Shown here piece after piece: positions 13,510-27,213 of a stretch of DNA of 64,000 bases; within the stretch, counting starts at the first letter, position 1, and the number at the start of each line of letters is the position of its first letter. Source of the stretch: Nemertoderma westbladi (taxonomy: Eukaryota > Animalia > Xenacoelomorpha); contig JAUCBJ010001698.1 in NCBI GenBank assembly GCA_032718475.1, positions 1-64,000 of the forward strand, written 5' to 3'. The notes below the pieces were generated by a model that saw only the letters and a program-made list of their open reading frames with translations, was not told the origin of the DNA and searched no databases. Position numbers and translations under genes: made by a program.

Positions 13510-16500
13510 TTAGTCTTTCTTGCGCGGACGGCGTTTACGCAGTTTTTTGAGGCTAGCAAGAGTCCTTTTCTCTTTGGGGCGAGCCACTTTACTAGGAGGG
13601 CTATAACTCCTGGGTGAAGGGTGCAATACAATTGCATCAGAAGGTTTAGGATTACGGTCGGTGTATCCACCGGTCGAGGTACCTGGTTGATCGATATCTA
13701 CTTCAGTGGAGCGAGGTCTAACGGCCTTTAGAGCGCGTCTTAGGACAGCAGCTCCTACTGGTCCCTGACGAGTCGTCTGGACAATAGCGGTAGGTGGACC
13801 GCGAGTGGTGAGAAACTTCCTCGGTTTAATGGTTCTTTCCAGCTCGCGTTCTCGGGCTCGATATTCGTAGGGCCGTCGATGTACTTCCTGTAACTCAGGG
13901 TGAGAGTTGATGAACAAATCGCCATACTCAGGGTCTTGACGGATGAAATTGGTCAAATTGTATGAATTAATATCGTTAGGATTGATATTCCTGAGATATT
14001 TACGAACAAATTTGGTGGAAATACACTCACCTACACGCTTCATTAGTTCGTAACTCGGTGTGCGCGATTTTTGTTCAACAGACGCGAATAGATAAGGATG
14101 GAACGCGTAAACTCCTTCGTAGGCGCGTCCAGGGTAATAGCGATGGCGTGACTCACAATGTAAATCCGCATTCTCTTCCCAAGCTCGGATGTAGCGCAGG
14201 GTAATCATCTCATCTACGCTTTCCAGATCGCGGTTAAAAGGGCAATCAAAACTGGCATGTCCTTTAAGTTGACAATGATGGCATTGAGTCATAAATTGGG
14301 GGCAGACTGCGAAAATGTGCGAGTTATTGAGTCTGCAATAAGCACAATAGATCTCCATCATCGGTTGTTCATGGAAATAGGAGCAGGGTACGTGTGAGTC
14401 CATAGGGGTGAAATGATCTCTCGATGCGCATAATCGGCAACGTTTTCGAGAAACATAGTTGGCGTGCCGATAATCGTATGCGGTGAGACATTGTGGACCT
14501 TGATACCATTCCAAGACGTAGTCGTTATCGCTGCTCCGGGGCGCTGTAGGCTGAATCTCCTCAGATTCTAAGCATATTGGTTCATCTTCCAATTGCATAG
14601 CTGAGGTAGGTGCGGCTGTCTCCGCAAGCGAACCCACTGTCTGAACTTCCACGACAGAATAACCCGTGGGTATTCGAGGTCTTTGTATAACAGATGAATG
14701 TAAGTTCTGTATACAGACGTCCTTAAAAAGGGCGAATCCCGTGCTGTCTAACTTCTCCGCAGCTGAGTCTCTTAAGCTGAGCTTGGTCAGAGCGCGGTCC
14801 TTGAACTGACTATCAACGTTACGGAACGGAGTCAGAAAGCGCCGGAAACATTCGAAGCGGATGAATTTATTGTGTTCATCTAGCTTGGTGAGTTTGGTTC
14901 CAAGTATTAAGGGATGGGCGCGTATGGTACGACTGCACACATCGGCTAGCCAACCGGCAAGTGCGGCGTTTTCAAAGATCGTGTATATAGCTAAGGAGGG
15001 ACGAAGTGGAACGCTCATAAAGCTATACACGGCGCCAGGTGCGGTCAATGGTCCGTCAAAGTATAATCGAGAATAATGATCTCCATATACTTGTTGGTAG
15101 TTGATAGGATTTCCAACCTTGAAATTCCATCCGTGTTCTTGAAAGGCAAGGTGTCCGATGGAGGTTCGTTGTACTTTAGTGATGCCGCTGGGTGTATTTG
15201 CATACATAGTGCGGAAGAAACCTCGGCCTTCTGCCCAGGGAGCAATCAGCTGAGTATCGACGAAAGGGTATGGAATGTTCTCCATGTTCCGAAAGTCGTT
15301 TTGGAGATCTCCATAAACAGCTCAGCCGATTTTAAGGATTCTTTCGTTAAACAACATCTCGAGCACGGGCTGGGGTAACATCAATCCATCAATACCCATG
15401 GCCGGTTTGCGCTCGGTGTCAGTGACGTAACGCTGCGCGAGTTCGAATTGTCCATGTCGGAGTTTCTTTTGTATCTCGGTAAGGGTCTCAAAAGAATAAT
15501 CAATCACATCGGAACACGCTCGAGTAAATACGTGGGTAGAACCAGCTAGTCCTCGTATATGTATCATGCGCGTAGTTCCCAGTTCTCCAACCGGAACGCT
15601 ACCTTCGCTATCGTAAGTGACAACTCCATACATCTCGATAACGTTAAGAGTCTCATTCCACTCTTTAGTGGCGTTTTCTAGAGTCATTCCCACTGGATGC
15701 CACAAGGTAGCGCATTCGCTAGCATTAGGTAGATCTCTATACTTTAAATATTGTGTAGTATATGTTTCCACATCTCCATATCGTTGTATTCTTTCCTCCT
15801 CGAATAACACGTCGAGATTCCAGTGGGCTAATCGAGTTTTGATGAATCCATCAAGATTATACGGAGGTATTGTCTCTTTCTCTATTCTGGAAACATTATA
15901 GGGTTTTCAAAATGAGTTTACTTTCACTAACTGATCCAGATGTTTCTGTAGTTGTTCGAGTTCGACAAGATCGAGAGGATTTATGAGTGGTAGAAACTTC
16001 AGACTATGTGTAGGATCTTCCGGTTTTACCATGTAATATTGAGTTAGATTGACATAATAAGGATGATCTTTAATCCCATAAAACGAGTTCGGTAAAGGTC
16101 TAGCGCGTATGTTAACCTCGTGTACCATACGAACGGACAAGATCCGCTCTATTGTCCGGAGGTTCAACGAGTATACCATCGACACGAGCGGCCTCGATTG
16201 GCGGACGTTGCAACATGGGAGCGTCAGCGATAAGATCTCGAGATCTTAGGTTGATATCAACTGGTTGAGGTTGCGCCGTGGCGAAGAGTTTGTCTCCGAA
16301 ATGGGGAACCATCGAAGGATGAATGATGGTTTTAGAATAAAGATCAGTCATAAGGATTTGAGCTTCTGGCTGGGCTAAAGCTGCTTCTTCCCTCTCATCC
16401 ATTTCTATGTGTCTCTCCTCGAGCTGATTTTCCTCCGTTTGTCGTTGGAAACGCTCGTCCAGGAACTCTTGTAGAGAATAGGTTCGTCCAAGTTCGATGT

Positions 16501-17611
16501 CTTCCTCAAGGTTCTGGATTTCTCGATCGAACTGTTAGGCCTGGGGTTAAGCCTGGACGGTTGTACGGGTTAAACGGCGATATTAGATGACCGCGTCCTA
16601 ATCCGGCTAGGTAGGGTTGGCGAATATCTAGCGAGCCCACTACCGGAGTACCGCCGATTAATTGTTCGGGTAACACAAGATCTTTAAACAGTGAGTACAG
16701 TTCAGGGGGATCCATTATACTATTAGGATCAAGCGTTTGAGGTCTCACTAAGGAATGAGGAGGTCTGACCGAGTATTCCGGAACTCTGATCATTGGTTTG
16801 TTTAAGGATCGTTTGAGCCGAGCGAGCGTAGGTGATACATCGAACAGGTTTCGCTCGAAACTCCCATAAGTATATCGTGTAAAACTGTGTTTAGCGCAAC
16901 GTCTCCGCGGATGTTTATGTCTTTCCGTTTGCTGATTGGGTCTAGGGCATTCGTCGCAGTAATACCAAAGACGCACGTCCTGCAGGGGAAACGCGGGTGA
17001 TCATTCTCCAGTTTTACAATATTCCTCCATCTGTTCGAAGCTATCTGGGACGACAGGTAGCGGTCGATCGGCGGTAAGATACATCATAGTGAAATAGAGC
17101 CGTTTGAGTTCTATCATAGGGTCATGATGTATACCTTGAGGATATCGAGTTTCTAGATTTTGTTGACTGGCAATATTGAGATATGTTTCTCTCAGGAATT
17201 CCAGATAATCGTTGAAGTCGCTGCGTTTATCTGGCTCTTCAACGTTCTGTTTCGAATAGAATTCTCGTGTTCTATTCTCGGTTTATCGTTACGACTCCGC
17301 TGGGTATGATATTTAAATAAAACCATTTCCCTTTCGGTGTCTACATCGTCCGTATCGTGTAAATCGATAGGATGGCCAGTAGTTAAGAAGTCCATATACG
17401 TACCATTACGATGCGTATAGCGAGCGGTGAATTTTCTATAGTCCAATTCACGCATAAGTTGCTCCTGGGACATTGGCGGTTCGATATAACGACCATCGTC
17501 TTCCGTAGTAGTTGGACCAGCGTCGCCGCGTATTAAGCTATCAACAAACGCTTGTAAAGGTAGAGTATATCGCTCCCTGATACCAAGATCATCTTCTATC
17601 AACTCAGTCAT
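13510..17611 (-). pseudogene. Element 1 extra ORF (ORF3): N-terminal domain, DEDDy 3'-5' exonuclease and CCHC knuckles, broken by stops and frameshifts
   Basis: Fragments 17611-17192, ~17190-16506, 16402-16112, 16185-15907, 15810-15322 and 15285-13510 are colinear with element 2 ORF3. Motifs: VTYDSEG, LPQPVLEMLFNERILKIG*AVYGDL, FVDTQ, CAYCRLNNSHIFAVC, CHHCQLKGHASFDC. Confidence 0.85.
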
Positions 17612-18431
17612 ATCTGCTATATGAGTTTATTAATATTATAATGAGTTTATATTTAGGCTAGTGGGCGTTGCTGCCTACCCCTCTCTGCCCCCGGACAGTG
17701 CAAGATCCTCAGCGCCGATGTACCGTCGTCGCTGTGTTTTCGCCAACGTGTAGCTACACAACGACAACGATAACCGGCACAAGTCACTCCACTGTCCGTC
17801 CCAAAGGCTTAGATTTACTTCAGGTTCTTATGGCAGAGTTAGGGCTACTTTCACAATTGCGACTCGCTACTGTAAACACACTTTAGTAGTAACATTCACC
17901 TATAAACGTACAAATTCCACACAACTGTCACAGATTGTACACATTCGGGCCATTTGTCCGTTAGTCAGTGCCTTCCAGAATGTCACGTTATTATTATGTA
18001 TCCTTGGATACTAGCAGTGTGCTATTTATTCCCTATGCTATTCAATGGGGCAAGCTTTCTATTGTTCTTTTTAACTCACCTCTAATTCTAGCGTGGTTGT
18101 TGCTATGGTGACATTATGGAAAGCTAGCAGTAGCATTAGGGTAATTCTCATGCATACAGATCTGGGATGCTATTTAATAGTAATTCTTTAATTGTCAATA
18201 TCCCCTTTATACATGATTTTATAAATTTTATCGGCAATTGACTATCTATTGGAGATTCTCGCACACTAATACACTTAATAGGGTGAATCTCCGCTCCCAT
18301 ATCTATTAATTAATGGAATTTTGGGAATGTTATAAATTGTATAAAATGACAATTTATCAAATTCATTAAAAGAGATGAATTAGAATTTATTCCCGTAAAT
18401 TTTATTATTTAATATTAAAATAGACACAATT

Positions 18432-18700
18432 TTATTCCAGAACATGTCTGGGAACTGGGATCCTTGATTCTAGGAATTTTGTCCTTTTAAGAGTATCGGT
18501 AAGTGCTACGATATCTTAATCGACTAGAATTTTAAAGGATCTGAAATTTGACAGATTTTATAAATATTAATGGTTAATATTTAGGATGGGCACGGGTTTA
18601 TTCCAGAACATGTCTGGGGACGTTAACCACTGATTCTAAAATTTTGTCTTTCAAGTATATCGGTGGGTGCCACGATATCTTAATCGACTAGAATTACAGA
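18432..18700. repeat. Diverged ~100-bp direct duplication (period ~166) between pol and ORF3
   Basis: TTATTCCAGAACATGTCTGGG...ACGATATCTTAATCGACTAGAATT occurs twice. Confidence 0.8.
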
Positions 18701-19243
18701 TGGTCAAAGGGTTTAACAGATTTATTTTGAGTTATACGCTACTGTTAAATGGACATCACGCTACTATATGTATTATTTAATATACGGTATGAGAGCAATA
18801 TCGCACGAAGCAATGTCAGTGTGAAGAGGCAAGTCGTTTCCAAGGTCTACCCAGAGCTTGGTTTAGCCGAGACACGAGGATCTGAATTTTTCATTCCTAA
18901 TACTCTACTTTACCAATAATACTTGAATATAGTAGGAGCTTTATTGTACTTTAATAAGTACGGATATTTCATCTTACTGTAATCACGTATTTGTAATGTA
19001 ATACGGACAGTAAGGAAAGAGAAAAGAATTATTTCTCGCCATCGCACTAAATATATAATATATAAGTAATTAAGTAATAAACACTAATATATTGCACTAA
19101 TCTACTAAATAATCGCTAAAATAACATTCTACTAAATAAAATTAAAGAAAACGATTATAATAAAATTACATAATAATACATACATAATATAAAATAATAA
19201 AAATATATGAAATAATATAGTCACACACCCACTCCAGACGCTG

Positions 19244-22200
19244 TTACGTTGGGGAGTCCCTAGATGTTTGTTGGATTAGGGAGGTGGTCGTGGGAAGAGT
19301 ATCTTGCTTTCCATAGTTTCTGGAGAGTTCTCTGTCTCTTTCCAGTAAACATAAACGACCAACTGGGCGATTGAGCTGTTGCGTCTCGAAGACAATTCCC
19401 GGCTTCTTAAAGTTACGTCGCATGACGATGAGTTCTACCGATCGCACTAAACCATCGTCCGAGATATGAGTCTCGATGATACGACCTGTCTGCCACCGCT
19501 TACGTGGAAGGTCTGAATCCACAATAAGGACCATGTCTCCAGCGCTGACGTTTTCTTGCTGCGCAAACCACTTAGTTCGAAGTTGTAGCATGGGCAGATA
19601 ATGTTTTTCGAAATGGTCAGCGAAACGACGGGATAACAACTGCATAAGTTGCCAAGTTTGCTGGCAGTATTCGTCTCCGTCTGTGATTTCCGATCGTGGG
19701 AGCATGGCTACAGGTTTTTTCAGTAGGAAGTGCGCGGGTGTTAGCACTTCCAGGGAATCTGGACTCGATGAGACTGGCATAAGCGGTCTCTCGTTGAGAT
19801 AGGCGGCGATTTCCTCCATTAACGTCCGCAAAAGTTCGTTGGTGAGATATGCGCGGCATGGCACTATAAAGTGAAATGCGGTCTTCATGCTCCTGATTAA
19901 TCTCTCCCAACTTCCTCCCCACCAAGGGGCATCGGCGGCGTTGAAGGTCCAGCTAGATGCTGTTATCCTTAGCTGATCGTCCACCTGTCTTTGGTTCCAA
20001 TCTTTGACGTAAGCCTTGATTTCATTGTTGGCACCAATGAAGTTCGTTCCCTTATCAGATTTCATCGTGTTACTAGTTCCAAAGCGAGCGATCTGTCGGC
20101 GTAAGCTCAAGATGAAGCTATTGGTAGATAAATCGTTCACCATATCGAGATGGATAGCTCTACAAGTCATACAGACAAAGATGACACACCATCTCTTGAC
20201 TATAGTCCTAGCACGATATACTTCAATAGGGCCAAATATATCTACACCGGTATTAGTGAAGGGTGGTTCATAGAAGCTTACTCGTTCCCTAGGTAATTCT
20301 GCCTCTTGCTGTGTTAAAGGCCTACTGAATGCTTTCCTACAGGGTATGCAGTTCCTAAGAACTTGGTTCAGAGCTCTACGGGGTTTATAAAAATAATAGC
20401 GGGTTCGAATTTCGCTAAGAACTCGTTCTCTACCAGCATGATAAAGCTTACTGTGAACATCTACAATCATCTTGATTTGTATTTCAAGATTTCTAATGAG
20501 TATGGGAAACTTAGTGTCAAAGGATAATGGAGCATTAGTTAGTCTTCCTCCAACGCGTATTAACCCATCTATCATTGTGCTAGAGAAACGATCCCTTAAG
20601 CGCATCTGTGGATTTCTCAACAACAGGAAATACTTATCGGAATCCTCATAGCATTGCAGGAGTCTCAGTATCTGCTTATTGCTTTCTTCATGCTCCTGGT
20701 AACTGATCTTCTCCTTCAGAAACCTGTCGGATATCTTGTATTTGGGAGTATCTTTAACAACATGGACCTGTGCAGATGTCAGTGGAGCAGTATCACTAGT
20801 GGTCTTCGTCCTGGAGTAGCGATGATGAAAACATCGCTTTAAATATGTAACGGCTTTACAGAGCCGATTCCAGGAACTACAGTGATGTATCGCTCTCTGC
20901 AGGAGGAGTGAGAGTCCTTGCGAGACGTCTGGCGTTCCAGATTTCCAATCTCTCTCTGTGATTTCCACAACAGACTTATTTGTGGCGGGGGATTGTGGAT
21001 CCAAAGCATCGTCTCCGGAAGTGTGTAGTACCGACAGATCTATCACAGGTTTAAATAACTTCGATTTACTCGCCCGGGTTTTAGGTTTGACTTTCTCCGC
21101 TCCCTTGGCCTGTCTAATCTCCGCCGTAGTAAGATAAGGAGGCCATTCATCTTCTTCTTTGCTTAGGAAGTCGGGTCCACCTAACCAGTCTGGAGTATCT
21201 ATCAGTTCTTGTGGAGTTGCTCCCCTGGAGGCGATGTCTGCTGGATTAATCGTTCCGGGGCAATGTCTCCATTGACCTATCTTCGTGCGACTGAGGATAA
21301 TGGCTACTCTGTTGGTAACAAAGACGCTGAACTGACAGACTTCATTGGTTATATACTCCAACACGAGTAAAGCATCGGTCCAATAAACAGTTTTCTCCAG
21401 TGGATAGTCGATCTGTTCTGTTACATTCCGGCCGATGGCTGTAGCGTATAGAGCCGCTTTTAACTCCGCTCGAGGAACCTTCAACTTGTGGTTAATCAAG
21501 GCCTTAGAGGTAACCAAGGCGACTTTGATTCCATCCGGAGTTTCAACTCTCAGGTAGGCTACTATACCTATTCCCATATCGCTGGCGTCTCCAAACACAT
21601 GGAGTTGATAGGAATACGTAGGGAGAACATGACCAAAATATGAACGGGAAATTATAAAGTTCTCGATGGCTGGTAGAGAATCTTCCCATTTCATCCACTT
21701 CTTTAATAGTTCTCCCTTAAGTGGATCGTCCCATGAGTGGTTTTCAAGCCACATTTGCTGTACTAAACTCCGAGCAATCAATATAACTGGGCTAATAAAT
21801 CCCAATGGATCGAAATAAGTGCTCAGGATACTTAAACAAATCCGTTTAGTCCAAACTGGATTATCTCGCTGTTTTAGCTGAAAAAACAGGATATCTCTCT
21901 CTGTGTCCCATTTCAAACCAAGAGTCTTGGTTTCTGGAAGATCGTCTTTGATTAGGTCTAGATCTTTCGCTCCTCGGTCTTCTACTGGAATCAATTCCAG
22001 AAACTCATGGGAGTTGCTGGTGAATTTAGTCAATCGAAATCCACCTCTTTTCAAGCACTCTACCGTCCCTTTGGTGACGTCAATGGCTTCTTCCACTGAT
22101 GGGAGGGACTTTAAATTGTTGTCCATGTATATATCCCGTTTGATGTTGACGATCACCTCTTTAGAGAAGGCGTCCCGGTTGTCATCAGCAGTGGTCCGCA

Positions 22201-25200
22201 CCACTGAGCAGACGTTTGAAGGGCTTGAGATGATCCCAAAAGCCTGGATGGTCATCCAGTACTCCACCGGTTTCTGATTGAGGTCTCCTTCAGGCCACCA
22301 CAGAAATCGTAGGCTGTCGCGATCCCTTTCCAGCGCCTTAACTTGTAAGAACATGCCTTCTATATCCGAAGCAAAAGCAATCGAATATTGTCGTAATCTT
22401 AAGAGTATTCCCAACAAGGATTGGAGTAAGTTGGGTCCAGGCAATAACTCGGAATTAAGTGATTAGCCCATGTAGAGGGCGGAGCCGTCAAATACTACAC
22501 GGACTTCATGGGGTTTACCGGGTTTGGGAACGTAATGATGTGTTAGATAGTACGTCCTCTCAGTTATGGGTGTTTCTTCCGGTACTCGCTCCGCGTATCC
22601 TTTGTTAATAAATTTCTTCAACTGAATCTTGTACATTTCCTTAGCTGAAGCATTTGCCGTAAGGCGTCGATGTAGTTGCGCAATTCTTTTCTCCGCCAAG
22701 GGTCGGTTGTTTACGAATTTAGGTTCCCGTTTTCGAAATGGTAGACCGATTTCATATCTACCTTGATCTTTAAGAAAACGTGTAGTTGTCTCCTGGATCT
22801 GTTTGGCTCTTTCTTCTTCTACCGATAGGGCCTTATCGTAGGAATTGGGCTCTACGGCCTCTTGAGTAAAGAATCGTACGGCGTGTTCATCCCGAGTTTT
22901 CACGTTGTAGCGATCTATTACGTCATTCAGTTCGTCGTTATAGTTGACTTGTCCTGATGGACGAATGAGTTGACATAGGTTCACTTGGTTTTGCCAAGTT
23001 TCGTTTTCCGTAAGGAGGTCGATGGTATGGTGTATGGTGTTCCCTCAGTTGGGTCATCCACCTCACTGCTCTCCACTTCCCATCACTTACTTGGTAGACC
23101 CGTTCTTTGGGTAATCTTTCCATGAGAGTTCTACGGGAAGGGCCAGTAAAGTACCAACCTACTCTAGTTCTTCCCGCATAGACTTGTAATGGTTGCGGTT
23201 GAGCACGCCGTTTCTCCAATGTCTCAAGCGCCTCATGCGCATTTTGGCCGATGAGTATTTGCACTCCAGGGTAGTCTGTGTTCAATCTAGGTATCTTAAG
23301 CTGCTGGGTGCAATCATCCTCGTCCCAGTTATAAGGTTCCACTTGGCTGGTAGCGAAGTTCTTTATCGCCACCATTTTTACTGACCTTATACTGTGTTCT
23401 CCTAGTTCATCCTGGGGGGTGGACAACGCACCTACATAGTAATCTGCAATTACTGTAGATTTCCAAACCTGCATAATTCCTGACATGTTTAACTTAGTTC
23501 GGAACTTGGGTTGTCCAGCAAAGATGTCTTCGGCTAGTTCTTTGTCGATGAATGTTCCTGTGCTGCCGGAGTCAAGAAGGGCGTTCACTATATAGCTTTT
23601 TCGTGGCCCGTGGACTCTCACCTGCACTACGGGAAATTCTCGGATTCCTACATTGGAAGTTGGTGCTTTCCAAGATGGTTGTCGGTCGGGAGTAGTTAGG
23701 GGGGGCTCACTGTCGGTGTCCTTTTCATACGTAAGTGCTCGATACACTGCGGTATTTATTAGGTAACAGGATTCGTCTTCGTCGGAGAATTCGTCCGTAT
23801 AGAATCCTTCCATCTCAGAACTTTGGTCAGTGTCGTTCACATCACTGAATTGGACATGTAGTTCGGACTCACTTACCTGACTCGGGCTGTTTCGTTCGAA
23901 TTCAGTGTGCAACAAGATATGATGCTTTGCGCCGCACTTGGCACACCTTGCGTCGGAGTAACAGGTTCGCCGTTGGTGTCCTTGTCTGAGGCAATTATAA
24001 CACAACCGCTTATCCTACATGACTTCACGTCTATCTTTTAATGATTTCTTTAGGAATTCATCACACACATTCAAACGGTGGGGCCCGTCACATAGCACAC
24101 ATTTCGGTTTGATGTTACTTACCTTATTCTGAGTAACGTTGTGTACACTCGTTCTTTCCTCGGGCTTTCTTACATGAATTCTCTTAGGAGACGTAGGAGG
24201 AGTTTTTCTTAACTGTTCTCTCCTGTCATTGGTTCGAGACTTGAATTTACCTACGTCTTTAGGCGTTTTGTTGACATAGTAAGATCTTTCAGCTGTCTTC
24301 TTCTTGAGAAGCCTGGCTTTCACCATCGTCGGTATAACACACTGGTGTTACCTTTCTCCTAGAAACGGGTTTCTCACTTACCTTATTTTCCGTTGTCTTC
24401 TCTCTGGACTGCTTTAGGAGCTGTAGTTTTACCTCGCCATCCAAGAATGACATGAGATCAGCCATGGTAGGGTCTCGTCGTTGTTGTTCCATCATATATA
24501 ACACTTTCTTGTCCCAGCGTGTACCTACTCCACCCTTTGGTAAAGTAGAGGCCACAGCTCCAATAACCATAGAACTCTGATATTCATGAGACTTACCTAG
24601 CCAATCTAATTGTCTACAGATCTCCTGAATCTCATCGGAAAACTCTATAATCCCGCTGCTAATGAACTTTCGGGGCGCTACTAATTTTGCATACAAATAC
24701 CTAGCTATGTTATTCCTATTACCATACCTGATATTTAATGTATCCCAAAATGTATCCTAATGTTATCTTTGTAATATTCATTAAAAGGTAACCATTTCAT
24801 CTCATCTCCATTGAACTTGACGATCTCTCCCACCTTTACCGCTTGACGGGCTTCGGTTCTAGCCATTTGACGCGTAAAACTTTCTTGGGCCATCGTATTA
24901 TTTAATATCGAGTTATCGGTATATAAATTTCTCGGATTATGATCAGGTCTATATGGAATATCATTGTCAACAGGTTTATAATTACCCTTAATAGGGTTTA
25001 CTATAGGAGTTTCTACTTCACTAGCAGTATAGATGCGTGTAGGCTCCACACCTTGCGCATGAAATACTTCAGACCTAACAGGTTGACACATTGTTACAGG
25101 GGGTGGTAGTATACCCTTTTGTATATTTACCAATTTATCGCGTTCTAACGCGATATTCTGCTGCACTTCTTGCAACTCTAACCTACTCTCTCTGACTGTT

Positions 25201-27213
25201 CCCTTTAACTGCTGAACAGTCCCTTCCATCTCCCGGACCTGTTGAGAGGAACACAAACGGTGTTCTCTCAGCTGCCTGAGCAGGAGACCCATCTCCCGCC
25301 GTCCTTCTTCCACCCACTCGACCGCCGAAGCGGGAGGCGCCAACATAGTAGCGGATAGACGAGGGACAACGGGCGACAAATCATTGATATTTCGCTCGGA
25401 GTCCAGAACAGGAACTGTCCCAGAGGCAGTTCTGTTGGGCACAGGTAATTTAGTACTGTGCAAAGGGAGTTTAGGGGTAGGTTCCGGGAGTACAGGTGTC
25501 TCTATCACCGAAGGGGTGGCTTCGAGAACAGGCCTAATTATTTCAGGCTCATCTACTATAGTAGGAAGTCTTTTTACTTTTAATTTGGTCTGTGGGTTCT
25601 GTACTACCTAAGTCTGTGCTAGCTAGTTGCCTTCTCACAGTTGGGGGCAAATCAGGCAATTTCTGACAGTGGGGCGTTCTTCTACGCCTGCTGAGAAGAG
25701 ATCTATTTGCTCTGCCTTCAGGATCTGTTGTATCGCCTTCATCCGATGATGAATAGCCCTGTCTCTTGGGGGTGGATCGACTTATCATCTGCATTTGACT
25801 AGCTGTTAACTGCTTATCTATGTATTCTTGCGTCTCTTGCAGATTTTCCAGCTCTAGTTGGGTGGTCTCTTCAGACGCTCTCCTTTCTGCTTCTGCCACT
25901 GCCTCTGCCGCTTTTCTTTCCGCTTCAGCTGCTGCCACTGCCGCTTTTCTTTCCACTTCTGCCGCTTTTCTTTCCGCTTCGGCCACTGCCACCGCCGCTT
26001 TTCTTTTCGCTTCTGCCTCTGCCGCTGCTGCTGTCTTTCTGTCTTCTATACGTTTTTTCTTCACTTGTTCTTCTTGGACTCTAGCGATGCGGAGGCGTTC
26101 ATCAAATTTAGCTTGGTTTGCAGCTAACATTTCCGCATCTATTGCGTCCAACACAAGCTTGGCTCCTTCACTATTAGGGCGAAGTCCAGCCAGCCGTCTC
26201 CTCAACTCTTCATCTCCTAGAAATCTTTGATAGTCTGACAGATAGATGTCAATAGCGTCCCTCGTCTGCGGTTTCTCTGCTGTCGCTTCACTTTCCACTT
26301 GAGAGAAGGTAGCGTATGTTGATTCTCCATGGGCTGAGCGCTCAGCCAACTGAGATTTCCACTGGGTGGTTCCTTGAACTTTGAGACTCACCCGCTGGAA
26401 CCAAGTCTTCACGGCAACTTGCAACGACGTGTCTTGTTTTCTTTTCGAAGCCTCCTCAAAGGCCGATAGGATTAGTCTGATTCTTAGAATTCTTTCTCTA
26501 ACTTGATAAAGCAGCTCTCCCTTCTCTTGAGGTCCTTGGGGTTGTTGAAACAGTTGTTCTTCTAATCGCTCCAAAGAGCTGAAGAATCCCTGTACATATC
26601 CTGCTGCTGACCTCTTCCACACAGCTGGATCACTAGTGTCTTTTGTCACTCCCATCTTGTATATGTCTTCCCAGGCAGCTTCCGATAAGTCAAACGGGAG
26701 TCCGGGTCCGGGGAAGTTCCATTGCGACTCGACAATAGACTTCAGTTCCTCCTTGGTGTATCCCGCATAACTGTCCTTGGTTGATCGCCTACCTCTCGCC
26801 CAATCAATTTGGTGTTCCTCCACCGCAATCAATACCTTAGTGAGTACGGCTGCAGGAAGAAGGAGAAGGGGATCCGAATAAACCGCATCTACCATCCTTG
26901 CTCCGTGTTCGGGTGTCAGCTCTACAGTATCCGAACTACTGGAGCTATCTGGTCGCTGAGAAATAAGTTCTCGGCTCGGGTGTTTCTGCTGTTTGACAGC
27001 TGCTTCTTGATCCCGCTTGACTTGAGCCCGAGTGCCTATGATAGACCTACGGTGTTGGACTAGCCTAGGGTCTGATACTACTACTGGAGGGATGATCTTT
27101 CTTATAGTAGGAGGTGAATTGAACTTCGGTCTCACACATTCCACACTCCTGTCTGGGTCACATATGGTTGTATCTAAGAGACTGTCTGACAGGTTTTGCT
27201 TTGTATCAGACAT
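19244..27213 (-). pseudogene. Element 1 gag-pol (BEL/Pao), disrupted
   Basis: Gag coiled coil, knuckles CYNCLRQGHQRRTC, protease ALLDSGS, RT, RNase H LHVFGDAS, integrase GVDIFGP/SDKGTNF/WERLI. In-frame stops at 24015 and 22463, several frameshifts, and the RT motif reads YMDN. Confidence 0.95.
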
